Positions 12,923 to 24,200 of a stretch of 64,000 bases of DNA are shown piece by piece. Within the stretch, counting starts at the first letter, position 1, and every line of letters begins with the position of its first letter. Both the position numbers and the translations under genes were made by a program. Origin of the DNA: Heterodontus francisci (Eukaryota); NCBI RefSeq assembly GCF_036365525.1, contig NC_090378.1, positions 119,087,593-119,151,592 of the forward strand, in the 5' to 3' direction. Under the pieces are notes generated by a model. That model saw only the letters and a list, made by a program, of their open reading frames with translations, did no database searches and was not told where the DNA came from.

Positions 12923-13324
12923 CACTAAAACCTCACAGTCGAATAGCCTGCCATTCTCAACCTCCCGGCTCACACTTGGAGGAATGAGGCCACTTGGGGA
13001 GGGTGGAGCTGTGCCCCAGCCAGAGATAGTGCCTTCAGGAGAGAGATGGAGAGCAGATTACGGGAGGCCTGTAGTCTAGAGGGGTGACATTTAACCAGTC
13101 GATGGCAGGTGCTGAGCCCTTTCCCCGTAAGTATTATGTAAGTCGATGGGGAAAGTGGGAGGGGCACTAGAGTAACACCTTTGTTGCTGCTGAAACTCTT
13201 GCTATCTGCTCAGTCATGTCTAATAAACACACAGACAAATCAGACAAACATTAGTCAGTTTTCTGTGGATTTTCTGCTGGGTTCAGCTTTAATCAACAGG
13301 GTATTGTGGGAGCTCCCGGTTAAT

Positions 13325-13537
13325 AAAAAGAAAAGAAAGACTTGTATTTATATCGAGTATTTCACACCTCAGGACCTCCCAAAGTCATTTACAGACAATG
13401 AAGGACTTGTTTAAAGAGCAGTCACTGTTGGAATGTAGGAAATGTGGCAGACAATTTGTGCACAGCAAGATCCCACAAACAGCAATGAGGTAAATGAGCA
13501 TTTTTAGCAATGTCGGTTCAGAGATAAATTTTGGCCT
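13325..13537 (-). mobile_element. 5'-truncated copy of the same SINE family (3' part only)
   Basis: AAAGAAAGACTTGTATTTATA..CACCTCAGGAC..TTTACAG.CAA..CACAGCAAGATCCCACAAACAGC aligns by eye with 12534-12690. Confidence 0.65.
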
Positions 13538-14066
13538 GAACTTCACCCAAAGAGAAAGCAACTGAGAGTCTCCCCAAAACCCTGGAACACTGAAGCCACT
13601 GGATTGGGAGCCCTGCTGTCACTGTTTGTCATCAGAACTTTGACAAGAGATAAGCAGGGAGTGGACAGAACAGAGTTAAAGCTGGGGGAGGTGGGACCTC
13701 GGTGTCTCACTGTGCTGGTGCTGAGATCAGTTATATCAGAGACTGTGACAGAGACCCAGAGCTCACACTGAGACTGGCAGGAATCTAGTGAGGGATTTCA
13801 CTCCATGGAGCAGGAATGTGACCACAGTCTGCAAACGTCCAGATCTCCTCTACACACTCGGTAAAAGTTGGTTACTTATATCTTGTTGGTTAAAGGGGGA
13901 ATGTAACTAAAGAAATACAGCTGGGCACCCTGTTATACACAGTGCTCTTCAATGAACCATTTCATTGACTGCAGCTCCTTACTAACACCTTCCACTATTC
14001 AGCATTTGTGTTTTAGAATGTTTCAGTATTTAAAGGATTAGTAACGGAGGATTGAGGTTTACTTAC

Positions 14067-14101
14067 TCAGTCTGAGCTTGGTTCCTTTACCAAACGTTAA
14101 C
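14067..14101 (-). CDS. IGKJ: Ig light chain J gene segment, germline (unrearranged)
   Basis: Minus strand G TTA ACG TTT GGT AAA GGA ACC AAG CTC AGA CTG A|GTAAGT encodes LTFGKGTKLRL(S). It has the FGxGT motif, a canonical splice donor and an abutting RSS. It is too short for the ORF track. Confidence 0.95.
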
Positions 14102-14140
14102 CACACTGACAGCTTCCAGTGCAGGGGCTGTACAATATCC
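14102..14140 (-). other. Recombination signal sequence of J, 23-bp spacer (kappa-type configuration)
   Basis: Heptamer CACACTG at 14102-14108 (6/7 to CACAGTG, CAC intact), spacer 14109-14131 of exactly 23 bp, nonamer ACAATATCC at 14132-14140 (7/9 to ACAAAAACC). Confidence 0.9.
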
Positions 14141-14149
14141 TCTGCTCTG

Positions 14150-14962
14150 TGTTTCACTCACTCACTCTCACACTCTCTCTGTCTTTCACTGTCACTGTGT
14201 CTCTCTCTCTCTGTCTGTATTTGTGTGTGTGTGTGTGTCTCTCTTTCTCTCTCTCTGTGTTTCCTTCCCTGTGTGTGCCTCTGTGTGTGTGTCTGTCTCT
14301 CTGTCTGTATTTGTGTGTGTGTCTCTCTCTGTGTTTCCTTCTCGGTGTGTGCCTCTGTGTGTGTGTCTCTCTCTGTCTGTATTTGTGTGTGTGTCTCTCT
14401 CTGTGTTTCCTTCTCGGTGTGTGCCTCTGTGTGTGTGTCTCTCTCTGTCTGTATTTGTGTGTGTGTCTCTCTCTGTGTTTCTTTCTCGGTGTGTGCCTCT
14501 GTGTGTGTGTCTGTCTCTCCGTCTGTATTTGTGTGTGTGTCTCTCTCTGTGTTTACTTCCCGGTGTGTGCCTCTGTGTGTGTGTCTGTCTCTCCGTCTGT
14601 ATTTGTGTGTGTGTCTCTCTCNNNNNNNNNNNNNNNNNNNNNNNNNNNNNNNNNNNNNNNNNNNNNNNNNNNNNNNNNNNNNNNNNNNNNNNNNNNNNNN
14701 NNNNNNNNNNNNNNNNNNNNNNNNNNNNNNNNNNNNNNNNNNNNNNNNNNNNNNNNNNNNNNNNNNNNNTTTGTGTGTGTGTCTCTCTCTGTGTTTCCTT
14801 CCCTGTGTGTGCCTCTCTTTGTCTGTATTTGTGTGTGTGTCTCTCTCTGTGTTTCCTTCTCGGTGTGTGCCTCTGTGTGTGTGTCTGTCTCTCCGTCTGT
14901 ATTTGTGTGTGTCTCTCTCTGTGTTTACTTCCCGGTGTGTGCCCCTGTGTCTCTCTCTCTCT
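14150..14962. repeat. Compound (GT)n/(CT)n microsatellite with a ~70-bp higher-order unit, spanning an assembly gap
   Basis: Recurring TCTGTATTTGTGTGTGTGTCTCTCTCTGTGTTTCCTTCTCGGTGTGTGCCTCTGTGTGTGTG on both sides of the N-run. Confidence 0.9.
14622..14769. other. Assembly gap (148 N)
   Basis: Run of n characters. Confidence 1.
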
Positions 14963-15173
14963 TCGGGTAAGAATGGATCTGACCCAGATAAATTGGAGAA
15001 CTGTAACTGAACAATGGGCTGCTTTTAAAGAAGAGATAGTTCGGGCAAAACCAAGGTGTATTTCCACGAAGGGGAAACGTGGGGCAAACAAATCCAGAGC
15101 TCCCTGGATGACAAAAGAGACAGAGGTTAAGATAAAGAAGAAAAAGTCTGCTTATGATAAATGTCAGGTGGAT

Positions 15174-15890
15174 TTTCTTTTGTTATTTGATCATGGGATA
15201 TGGGCGTCACTGGCTAGGCCAGCATTTATTGCCCATCCCTAATTGCCCACTGAAGGCATTTAAGAGTCAACCACATTGCTGTGGGTCTGGAGTCACATGA
15301 AGGCCAGACCAGGTAAGGCCTGCAGATTTCCTTCCCTGAAGGACATTAGTGAACCAGATGGGTTTTTACAACAATCGACAATGGTTTCATGGTCACCATT
15401 CCACCAGCTTTTAATTCCAGATTTATTAATTGAATTCAAATTTCACTATCTGCCATGGTGGGATTCAAACACATGTCCCCAGAACGGCACAGTGGCGCAG
15501 TGGTTAGCACCGCAGCCTCACAGCTCCAGCGACCCGGGTTCAATTCTGGGTACTGCCTGTGTGGAGTTTGCAAGTTCTCTCTGTGTCTGCGTGGGTTTCC
15601 TCCGGGTGCTCCGGTTTCCTCAAACATGCCAAAGACTTGCAGATTGATAGGTAAATTGGCCATTAGCAATTGCCCCTAGTATAGGTAGGTGGTAGGGAAA
15701 TTTGGGTACAGGTGAGGATGTGGTAGGAATATGGAATTAGTGTAGGATTAGTATAAATGGGTGGTTGATGGTCGGCACAGACTCGGTGGGCCGAAGGGCC
15801 TGTTTCAATGCTGTATCTCTAAAAAAAAAATTAGCCTGGGCCTCTGGATTACTGGTCAAGTGACATTACCACTACACCATCACCTCCCCC
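15174..15890 (-). mobile_element. tRNA-head SINE inserted in the CR1 LINE and itself split by an HE1 SINE
   Basis: The minus strand starts GGGGGAGGTGATGGTGTAGTGGTAATG (A box). After removing 15486-15829 it continues GTTCTGGGGACATGTGTTTGAATCCCACC (B box), has the core TGGTTCACTAATGTCCTTCAGGGAAGGAAATCTGC and ends in an A-rich tail at ~15174. LINE sequence resumes at 15891. Confidence 0.75.
15486..15829 (+). mobile_element. HE1-type V-SINE, full length
   Basis: tRNA-like head GGCACAGTGGCGCAGTGGTTAGCAC..GGGTTCAATTC, V-domain GTGTGGAGTTTGCAAGTTCTC..GTGTCTGCGTGGGTTTCCTCCGGGTGCTCCGGTTTCCTC, CR1/HER1-like tail TGGGCCGAAGGGCCTGTTTC..TGCTGTATCTCT, then an A run. Confidence 0.9.
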
Positions 15891-17812
15891 TACAATCGAG
15901 AACTAGGCTGAATGTAGAAGGCTCAGAGGGGAATTTAAAAGGCAAAGGGAAGAAAAGAGAGAGTATGAAAAGAGACTGGCAGCTAATACAATAGTGGATC
16001 TAATAGTCTTGTATCGGCATGTATATAGTAAAAGAGTGGTAAAAGGAGTAGTGGGGCGATTAGGGACCAAAAAGGGGATTTACACATGGAGGTAGGAGCA
16101 TGGCTGAGGTATGAAATGAATACTTTCCATCTGTCTTTATCAAGGGAGAAGATGCTGCACAGGTCATAGTGAAAGAGAAGGTAATTCAGACACCAGATGG
16201 GTTTAAAATTGATAAAGAGGAGTTATTGGATAGGCTGTCTGTACTTAAAGTGGATTAAACACCAGGACCGGATGAGATACTGAGGGAGTGAGAGTGGAAA
16301 TTGCAGAGCCACTGGCCATAATTTTACAGTCTTCGTTAAACTCAGGGATGGTGGCAGAGAATTGGAGAATTGTAAATGTGACACCCTTGTTCAAAAAAAG
16401 GGTGTAAAGATAAGCCCAGCAATGTCAAGCCAGTCAGTTTAACCTCAGTGGTGGGGAAACTTCTAGAAAGAATAATTCGGGACAAGATTAATAGTCACAT
16501 GGACAAGTGCAAGTTAGTTAAGGAAAGCCAGCAATGATTTGTTCAGGGCAAATCATGTTTAACTAACTTGTTGGAGTTTTTGATGAGGTAACAGAGAGAG
16601 TTGATGAGGGCAATGTTGTTGCTGTTGATGTTGTGTACATGGACTTTCAAAAGGTGTTTGACACAGTGCCACACAACAGACTGGTGAGCAAAGTTATAGC
16701 TCATGGAATAAAAGGGACAGTAGCAACATGGATACAAAATTGGCTGACTGACAGGAAAAAGAGAGTAGTTAATGGATGTTTTTCAGGCTGGAGGAAGGAT
16801 TGTAGTGGAGTTCCTCAGGGATCAGTGTTGGGATCCTTGCTTTTCCTAATATATATTAATGACCTAAACCTTGGTGTGCAGGGCACAATTTCAAAATTTG
16901 CAGAAGATACAAAACTTGGAAGTATTGTGAACTGTGAGGAAGATAGTGTAGAACTTCAAAAGGATACGGACAGGTTGGTGGAATGGGCTGACAAGTGGCA
17001 GATGAAATTTAAATGCAGAGAAGGGTGATGTGGTAGAGAGAATGCGGAGAGACAATATAAAATAAAGGGTATAATTCTAAAGGGGGTTCAGGAGCATAGG
17101 GACCTAAGTGTATATGTGCGGACGTCATTGAAGGTGGCAGGACAGGTTGAGAGAGAGGATAATAAAGCATACAGTATCCTGGGCTTTATTAATAGGGGCA
17201 CAGAGTACAAGAGCAAGGAGGTTATGTTAAATTTGTATAAAACACTAGTTCAGCCTCAACTGGAGGACTGTGTCCAGTTCTGGGTGCCACAATTTAGGAA
17301 GGAAGTGAAGGCATTAGAGAGGGTGCAGAAAGGATTCACAAGAATCGGTCCAGGGATAGTTATGTGGATAAATTGGAGAAGCTGGGACTGTTTCCTTGGA
17401 GATGAGAAGGTTGAGAGGGGATTTGATAGGGGTATTCAAAATCATTAGGGCTCTGGACAGAGTAGATAGGGAGAAACTATTACCATTGGTGGAAGGATCG
17501 AGAACCAGACGGCACAGATGTAAGGTAATTGGCAAAAGATGCAATGGTGACATGAGGAGAAACTTTTTCACACAGCGAGTAGTTCGGATCTGGAATGCAC
17601 TGCCTGAGAGTGTGGTGGAGGCATGTTCAATTGATGCATTCAAAAGGGAATTGGATTATTCTCCTAAAAGGAAGGATATGCAGGATGACGGGGAGAAGGT
17701 GCCGGAGTGTCACGAGGTGAATTGCTCTTTCAGAGATCCAGCACAGAAATGATGGCCTGAATGGCCTTCTTCTGTGCTGTAACCATTCTATAATTCTATC
17801 ATTGTTTTTCAA

Positions 17813-18030
17813 AGTCTGTATTTGTCTCTCATTGCCTGCGTGTCTCCCGTTGTGTGTGTGTGGATGTGTCTCTTTCCTTCTGTCTCTCTCTCAATGTCTG
17901 CGTGCATGTCTCTGTGCCTCTACGCATATCTCCCTGTCCCTCTCCCACCTTCTCTCACTCATTCTGTCTCTCCCTTGGTCTGTATCTCTCTCACACTCTG
18001 CCTCTCACTGTTTCTGTGTCTTGCTGTGTC
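17813..18030. repeat. Degenerate CT/GT-rich tract, probably the continuation of the tract left of the LINE
   Basis: Begins GTCTGTATTTGTCTCTC, the same seed motif as 14150-14962. Pyrimidine-rich. Confidence 0.6.
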
Positions 18031-18227
18031 TAAGCTGCATGCAGCAGTGCTCGGGAGAGTTGGAATCCCAATTCAATGAAAACATTTTCAGCATCTCTTC
18101 ATAAGTGCACATGGAGTGTTCGAGGAACAACTTAAGCCTTCAATGAGCAGTGGGCACCACAGGGGCAGGGGGGTGTAGTGGACAGTGAACATAATGTCAT
18201 GGTTTAATTTGATCAGTTTACGTTCTT

Positions 18228-21200
18228 CATTAATTATATTACATATATAACTGTGGGATGTGTCAGTTCAGGAGGTGGGACCGTGTGTCCATTATTATAT
18301 ATTATATATAACTGTGGGACGTGTCAGTACAGGAGGTGGGACTGTGTGTCCATTATTATATATTATATATAACTGTGAGATGTGTCAGTCCAGGAGGTGG
18401 GACTGTGTGTCCATTATTATATATTATATATAACTGTGGGACGTGTCAGTACAGGAGGTGGGACTGTGTGTCCATTATTATATATTATATATAACTGTGA
18501 GATGTGTCAGTCCAGGAGGTGGGACTGTGTGCCCATTATTATATATTATATATAACTGTGGGATGTGTCAGTCCAGGAGGTGGGACTGTGTGTCCATTAT
18601 TATATATTATATACAACTGTGGGATGTGTCAGTCCAGGAGGTGGGATTGTGTGTCCATTGTTATATATTATATATAACTGTGGGATGTGTCAGTCCAGGA
18701 GGTGGGACTGTGTGTCCATTATTTTATATGATATATAACTGTGGGATGTGTCAGTCCAGGAGGTGGGACTGTGTGTCCATTATTATATATTATATATAAC
18801 TGTGGGATGTGTCAGTCCAGGAGGTGGGACTGTGTGTCCATTATTATATATGATATATAACTGTGGGATGTGTCAGTCCAGGAGGTGGGACTGTGTGTCC
18901 ATCATTATATATTATATATAACTGTGGCATGTGTCAGTCCAGGAGGTGGGACTGTGTGTCCATTATTTTATATGATATATAACTGTGGGATGTGTCAGTT
19001 CAGGAGGTGGGAGCGTGTGTCCATTATTATATATTATATATAACTGTGGGACGTGTCAGTCCAGGAGGTGGGACTGTGTGTCCATTATTATATATTATAT
19101 ATAACTGTGGGATGTGTCAGTCCAGGAGGTGGGACTGTGTGTCCATTATTATATATTATATATAACTGTGGGACGTGTCAGTCCAGGAGGTGGGACTGTG
19201 TGTCCATTATTATATATTATATATAACTGTGGGATGTGTCAGTATGCAGGAGGTGGGACTGTGTGTCCATTATTATATATTATATATAGCTGTGGGATGT
19301 GTCAGTACAGGAGGTGAGACTGTGTGTCCATTATTATATATTATATATAACTGTGGGATGTGTCAGTATACAGGAGGTGGGACTGTGTGTCCATTATTAT
19401 ATATTATATATAGCTGTGGGATGTGTCAGTACAGGAGGTGAGACTGTGTGTCCATTATTATGTATTATATATAACTGTGGGATGTGTCAGTCCAGAAGGT
19501 GAGACTGTGTGTCCATTATTATATATTATATATAACTGTGGGATGTGTCAGTGCAGGAGGTGGGACCGTGTGTCCATTATTATATATTATATATAACTGT
19601 GGGATGTGTCAGTCCAGGAGGTGGGACTGTGTGTCCATTATTTTATATTGTATATAACTGTGGGACGTGTCAGTACAGGAGGTGGGACTGTGTGTCCATT
19701 ATTATATATTACATATAACTGTGGGATGTGTCAGTCCAGGAGGTGGGACTGTGTGTCCATTATTATGTATTATATATCACTGTGGGAAGTGTCAGTATAC
19801 AGGAGGTGGGACTGTGTGTCCACTATTATATATTATATATAGCTGTGGGATGTGTCAGTACAGGAGGTGGGACTGTGTGTCCATTATTATATATTATATA
19901 TAACTGTGGGATGTGTCAGTCCAGGAGGTGGGACTGTGTGTCCATTATTATATATTATATATAACTGTGGGATGTGTCAGTCCAGAAGGTGAGACTGTGT
20001 GTCCATTATTATATATTATATATAACTGTGGGATGTGTCAGTCCAGGAGGTGGGACTGTGTGTCCATTATTTTATATTGTATATAACTGTGGGACGTGTC
20101 AGTCCAGGAGGTGGGACTGTGTGTCCTTTATTATATATTATATATAAATGTGGGATGAGTCAGTACAGGAGGTGGGACCGTGTGTCCATTATTATATATT
20201 ATATATAACTGTGGGATGTGTCAGTCCAGGAGGTGGGACTGTGTGTCCTTTATTATATATGATATATATAAATGTGGGACGTGTCAGTACAGGAGGTGGG
20301 ACTGTGTGCCCATTATTATATATTACATATAACTGTGGGATGTGTCAGTCCAGGAGGTGGGACTGTGTGTCCATTATTATATATTATATATAAATGTGGG
20401 ACATGTCAGTACAGGAGGTGGGACTGTGTGCCCATTATTATATATTACATATAACTGTGGGATGTGTCAGTCCAAGAGGTGGGACTGTGTGTCCATTATT
20501 ATATATTATATATAACTGTGGGATGTGTCAGTACAGGAGGTGGGACCGTGTGTCCATTATTATATATTATATATAAATGTGGGATGTGTCACGACAGGAG
20601 GTGGGACTGTGTGTCCATTATTATATATTCTATATAACTGTGGGATGTGTCAGTGCAGGAGGTGGGACCGTGTGTCCATTATTATATATTAAATATAACT
20701 GTGGGATGTGTCAGTAGAGGAGGTGAGACTGCGTGTCCATTATTATATATTATATATACCTGTGGGATGTGTCAGTGCAGGAGGTGGGACCGTGTGTCCA
20801 TTATTATATATTACATATAACTGTGGGATGTGTCAGTGCAGGAGGTGAGACTGCGTGTCCATTATTATATATTATATATAACTGTGGGATGTGTCAGTCC
20901 AGGAGGTGGGACTGTGTGTCCATTATTATATATTATATATAACTGTGGGATGTGTCAGTCCAGGAGGTGGGACTGTGTGTCCATTATTATATATTATATA
21001 TAACTGTGGGATGTGTTAGTCCAGGAGGTGGGACTGTGTGTCCATTATTATATATTATATATAACTGTGGGATGTGTCAGTATACAGGAGGTGGGACTGT
21101 GTGTCCATTATTATATATTATATATAGCTGTGGGATGTGTCAGTACAGGAGGTGGGACCGTGTGTCCATTATTATATATTACATATAACTGTGGGATGTG

Positions 21201-24200
21201 TCAGTCCAGGGGGTGGGACTGTGTGTCCATTATTATATATTGTATATAACTGTGGGACGTGTCAGTCCAGGAGGTGGGACTGTGTGTCCATTATTATATA
21301 TTATATATAACTGTGGGATGTGTCAGTACAGGAGGTGGGACTGTGAGTCCATTGTTTTTTATTATATATATCTGTGGGATGTGTCAGTACAGGAGGTGGG
21401 ACTGTGTGTCCATTATTATATATTATATATAACTGTGGGATGTGTCAGTATACAGGAGGTGGGACTGTGTGTCCATTATTATATATCATATATAGCTGTG
21501 GGATGTGTCAGTACAGGAGGTGAGACTGTGTGTCCATTATTATGTATTATATATAACTGTGGGATGTGTCAGTCCAGAAGGTGAGACTGTGTGTCCATTA
21601 TTATATATTATATATAACTGTGGGAAGTGTCAGTGCAGGAGGTGGGACCGTGTGTCCATTATTATATATTATATATAACTGTGGGATGTGTCAGTCCAGG
21701 AGGTGGGACTGTGTGTCCATTATTTTATATTGTATATAACTGTGGGACGTGTCAGTCCAGGAGGTGGGACTGTGTGTCCATTATTATATATTGTATATAA
21801 CTGTGGGATGTGTCAGTACAGGAGGTGGGACTGTGAGTCCATTGTTTTTTATTATATATATCTGTGGGATGTGTCAGTACAGGAGGTGGGACTGTGTGTC
21901 CATTATTATATATTATATATAACTGTGGGATGTGTCAGTATACAGGAGGTGGGACTGTGTGTCCATTATTATATATTATATATAGCTGTGGGATGTGTCA
22001 GTACAGGAGGTGAGACTGTGTGTCCATTATTATGTATTATATATAACTGTGGGATGTGTCAGTCCAGAAGGTGAGACTGTGTGTCCATTATTATATATTA
22101 TATATAACTGTGGGATGTGTCAGTGCAGGAGGTGGGACCGTGTGTCCATTATTATATATTATATATAACTGTGGGATGTGTCAGTGCAGGAGGTGGGACC
22201 GTGTGTCCATTATTATATATTATATATAACTGTGGGATGTGTCAGTGCGGGAGGTGGGACTGTGTGTCCATTATTTTATATTGTATATAACTGTGGGATG
22301 TGTCAGTACAGGAGGTGGGAATGTGTGTCCATTATTATATATTACATATAACTGTGGGATGTGTCAGTCCAGGAGGTGGGACTGTGTGTCCATTATTATA
22401 TATTATATATAACTGTGGGACGTGTTAGTCCAGGAGGTGGGACTGTGTGTCCTTTATTATATATTATATATAAATGTGGGATGTGTCAGTACAGGAGGTG
22501 GGACCGTGTGTCCTTTATTATATATTATATATAAATGTGGGAAGTGTCAGTATACAGGAGGTGGGACTGTGTGTCCACTATTATATATTATATATAACTG
22601 TGGGACGTGTTAGTCCAGGAGGTGGGACTGTGTGTCCTTTATTATATATTATATATAAATGTGGGATGTGTCAGTACAGGAGGTGGGACCGTGTGTCCAT
22701 TATTATATATTATATATAACTGTGGGATGTGTCAGTCCAGGAGGTGGGACTGTGTGTCCTTTATTATATATTATATATAAATGTGGGATGTGTCAGTACA
22801 GGAGGTGGGACTGTGTGTCCATTATTATATATTATATATAACTGTGGGATGTGTCAGTACAGGAGGTGGGACTGTGTGCCCATTATTATATATTACATCT
22901 AACTGTGGGATGTGTCAGTCCAGGAGGTGGGACTGTGTGTCCTTTATTATATATTATATATAAATGTGGGACGTGTCAGTACAGGAGGTGGGACTGTGTG
23001 CCCATTATTATATATTACATATAACTGTGGGATGTGTCAGCCCAGGAGGTGGGACTGTGTGTCCATTATTATATATTATATATAACTGTGGGATGTGTCA
23101 GTACAGGAGGTGGGACCGTGTGTCCATTATTATATATTATATATAAATGTGGGATGTGTCACTACAGGAGGTGGGACTGTGTGTCCATTATTATATATTA
23201 TATATAACTGTGGGATGTGTCAGTGCAGGAGGTGGGACCGTGTGTCCATTATTATATATTACATATAACTGTGGGATGTGTCAGTACAGGAGGTGAGACT
23301 GCGTGTCCATTATTATATATTATATATACCTGTGGGATGTGTCAGTGCAGGAGGTGGGACCGTGTGTCCATTATTATATATTACATATAACTGTGGGATG
23401 TGTCAGTGCAGGAGGTGAGACTGCGTGTCCATTATTATATATTATATATAACTGTGGGATGTGTCAGTCCAGGAGGTGGGACTGTGTGTCCATTATTATA
23501 TATTATATATAACTGTGGGATGTGTCAGTCCAGGAGGTGGGACTGTGTGTCCATTATTATATATTATATATAACTGTGGGATGTGTCAGTCCAGGAGGTG
23601 GGACTGTGTGTCCATTATTATATATTATATATAACTGTGGGATGTGTCAGTATACAGGAGGTGGGACTGTGTGTCCATTATTATATATTATATATAGCTG
23701 TGGGATGTGTCAGTACAGGAGGTGGGACTGTGTGTCCATTATTATATATTACATATAACTGTGGGATGTGTCAGTCCAGGAGGTGGGACTGTGTGTCCAT
23801 TATTATATATTGTATATAACTGTGGGACTTGTCAGTCCAGGAGGTGGGACTGTGTGTCCATTATTATATATTGTATATAACTGTGGGATGTGTCAGGACA
23901 GGAGGTGGGTCAGTGTGTCCATTATTATATATTATATATAACTGTGGGATGTGTCAGTGCAGGAGGTGGGACTGTGAGTCCATTGTTTTTTATTATATAT
24001 ATCTGTGGGATGTGTCAGTACAGGAGGTGGGACTGTGTGTCCATTATTATATATTATATATAACTGTGGGATGTGTCAGGACAGGAGGTGGGTCAGTGTG
24101 TCCATTATTATATATTATATATAACTGTGGGATGTGTCAGTGCAGGAGGTGGGACTGTGAGTCCATTATTCTTTATTATATATATCTGTGGGATGTGTCA

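Larger units (their letters stand above)
10044..14066 (-). other. J-C intron (4023 bp, GT..AG, phase 1)
   Basis: Donor GTAAGT at 14066-14061 and acceptor AG at 10045-10044. Joining gives A+GC = Ser, in frame (KLRL-S-REKSQP). Confidence 0.9.
14966..17799 (+). mobile_element. 5'-truncated, decayed CR1-clade LINE (HER1-like) with a disrupted ORF2 reverse transcriptase
   Basis: Fragmentary ORFs carry CR1 ORF2 motifs: YMDFQKVFDTVPHNRL, SGVPQGSVLGSLLFLIYINDL, ISKFAEDTKLG (FADD decayed), LYKTLVQPQLE.CVQFW.P, RRLRGDLI.VFKI and NFFTQRVVRIWNALP. There are many stops and frameshifts. The 3' end is GGCCTGAATGGCCT..CTGTGCTGTAACC-ATTCTAT-A-ATTCTAT. Confidence 0.92.

Noticed and set aside
13938-13944. CACAGTG in the J-C intron as the RSS of a second J
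   Set aside because: There is no nonamer at either spacing and no FGxGT frame or splice donor on the coding side.
14193-14199. CACTGTG upstream of J as a remnant V 12-RSS
   Set aside because: There is no nonamer at 12 or 23 bp (ACTCTCTCT, CTCACTCTC) and no V coding sequence adjacent. It lies in CT/GT microsatellite.
14078-15242. 283-339 aa ORFs across the microsatellite and gap
   Set aside because: These are dinucleotide-repeat translations running through Ns.
15486-15550. tRNA gene
   Set aside because: It has A/B boxes but continues directly into the V-SINE core, so it is a SINE head rather than a tRNA.
16633-17752. Functional reverse transcriptase gene
   Set aside because: The sequence is fragmented by frameshifts and stops, the catalytic FADD is mutated to FAED, and the element is 5'-truncated.
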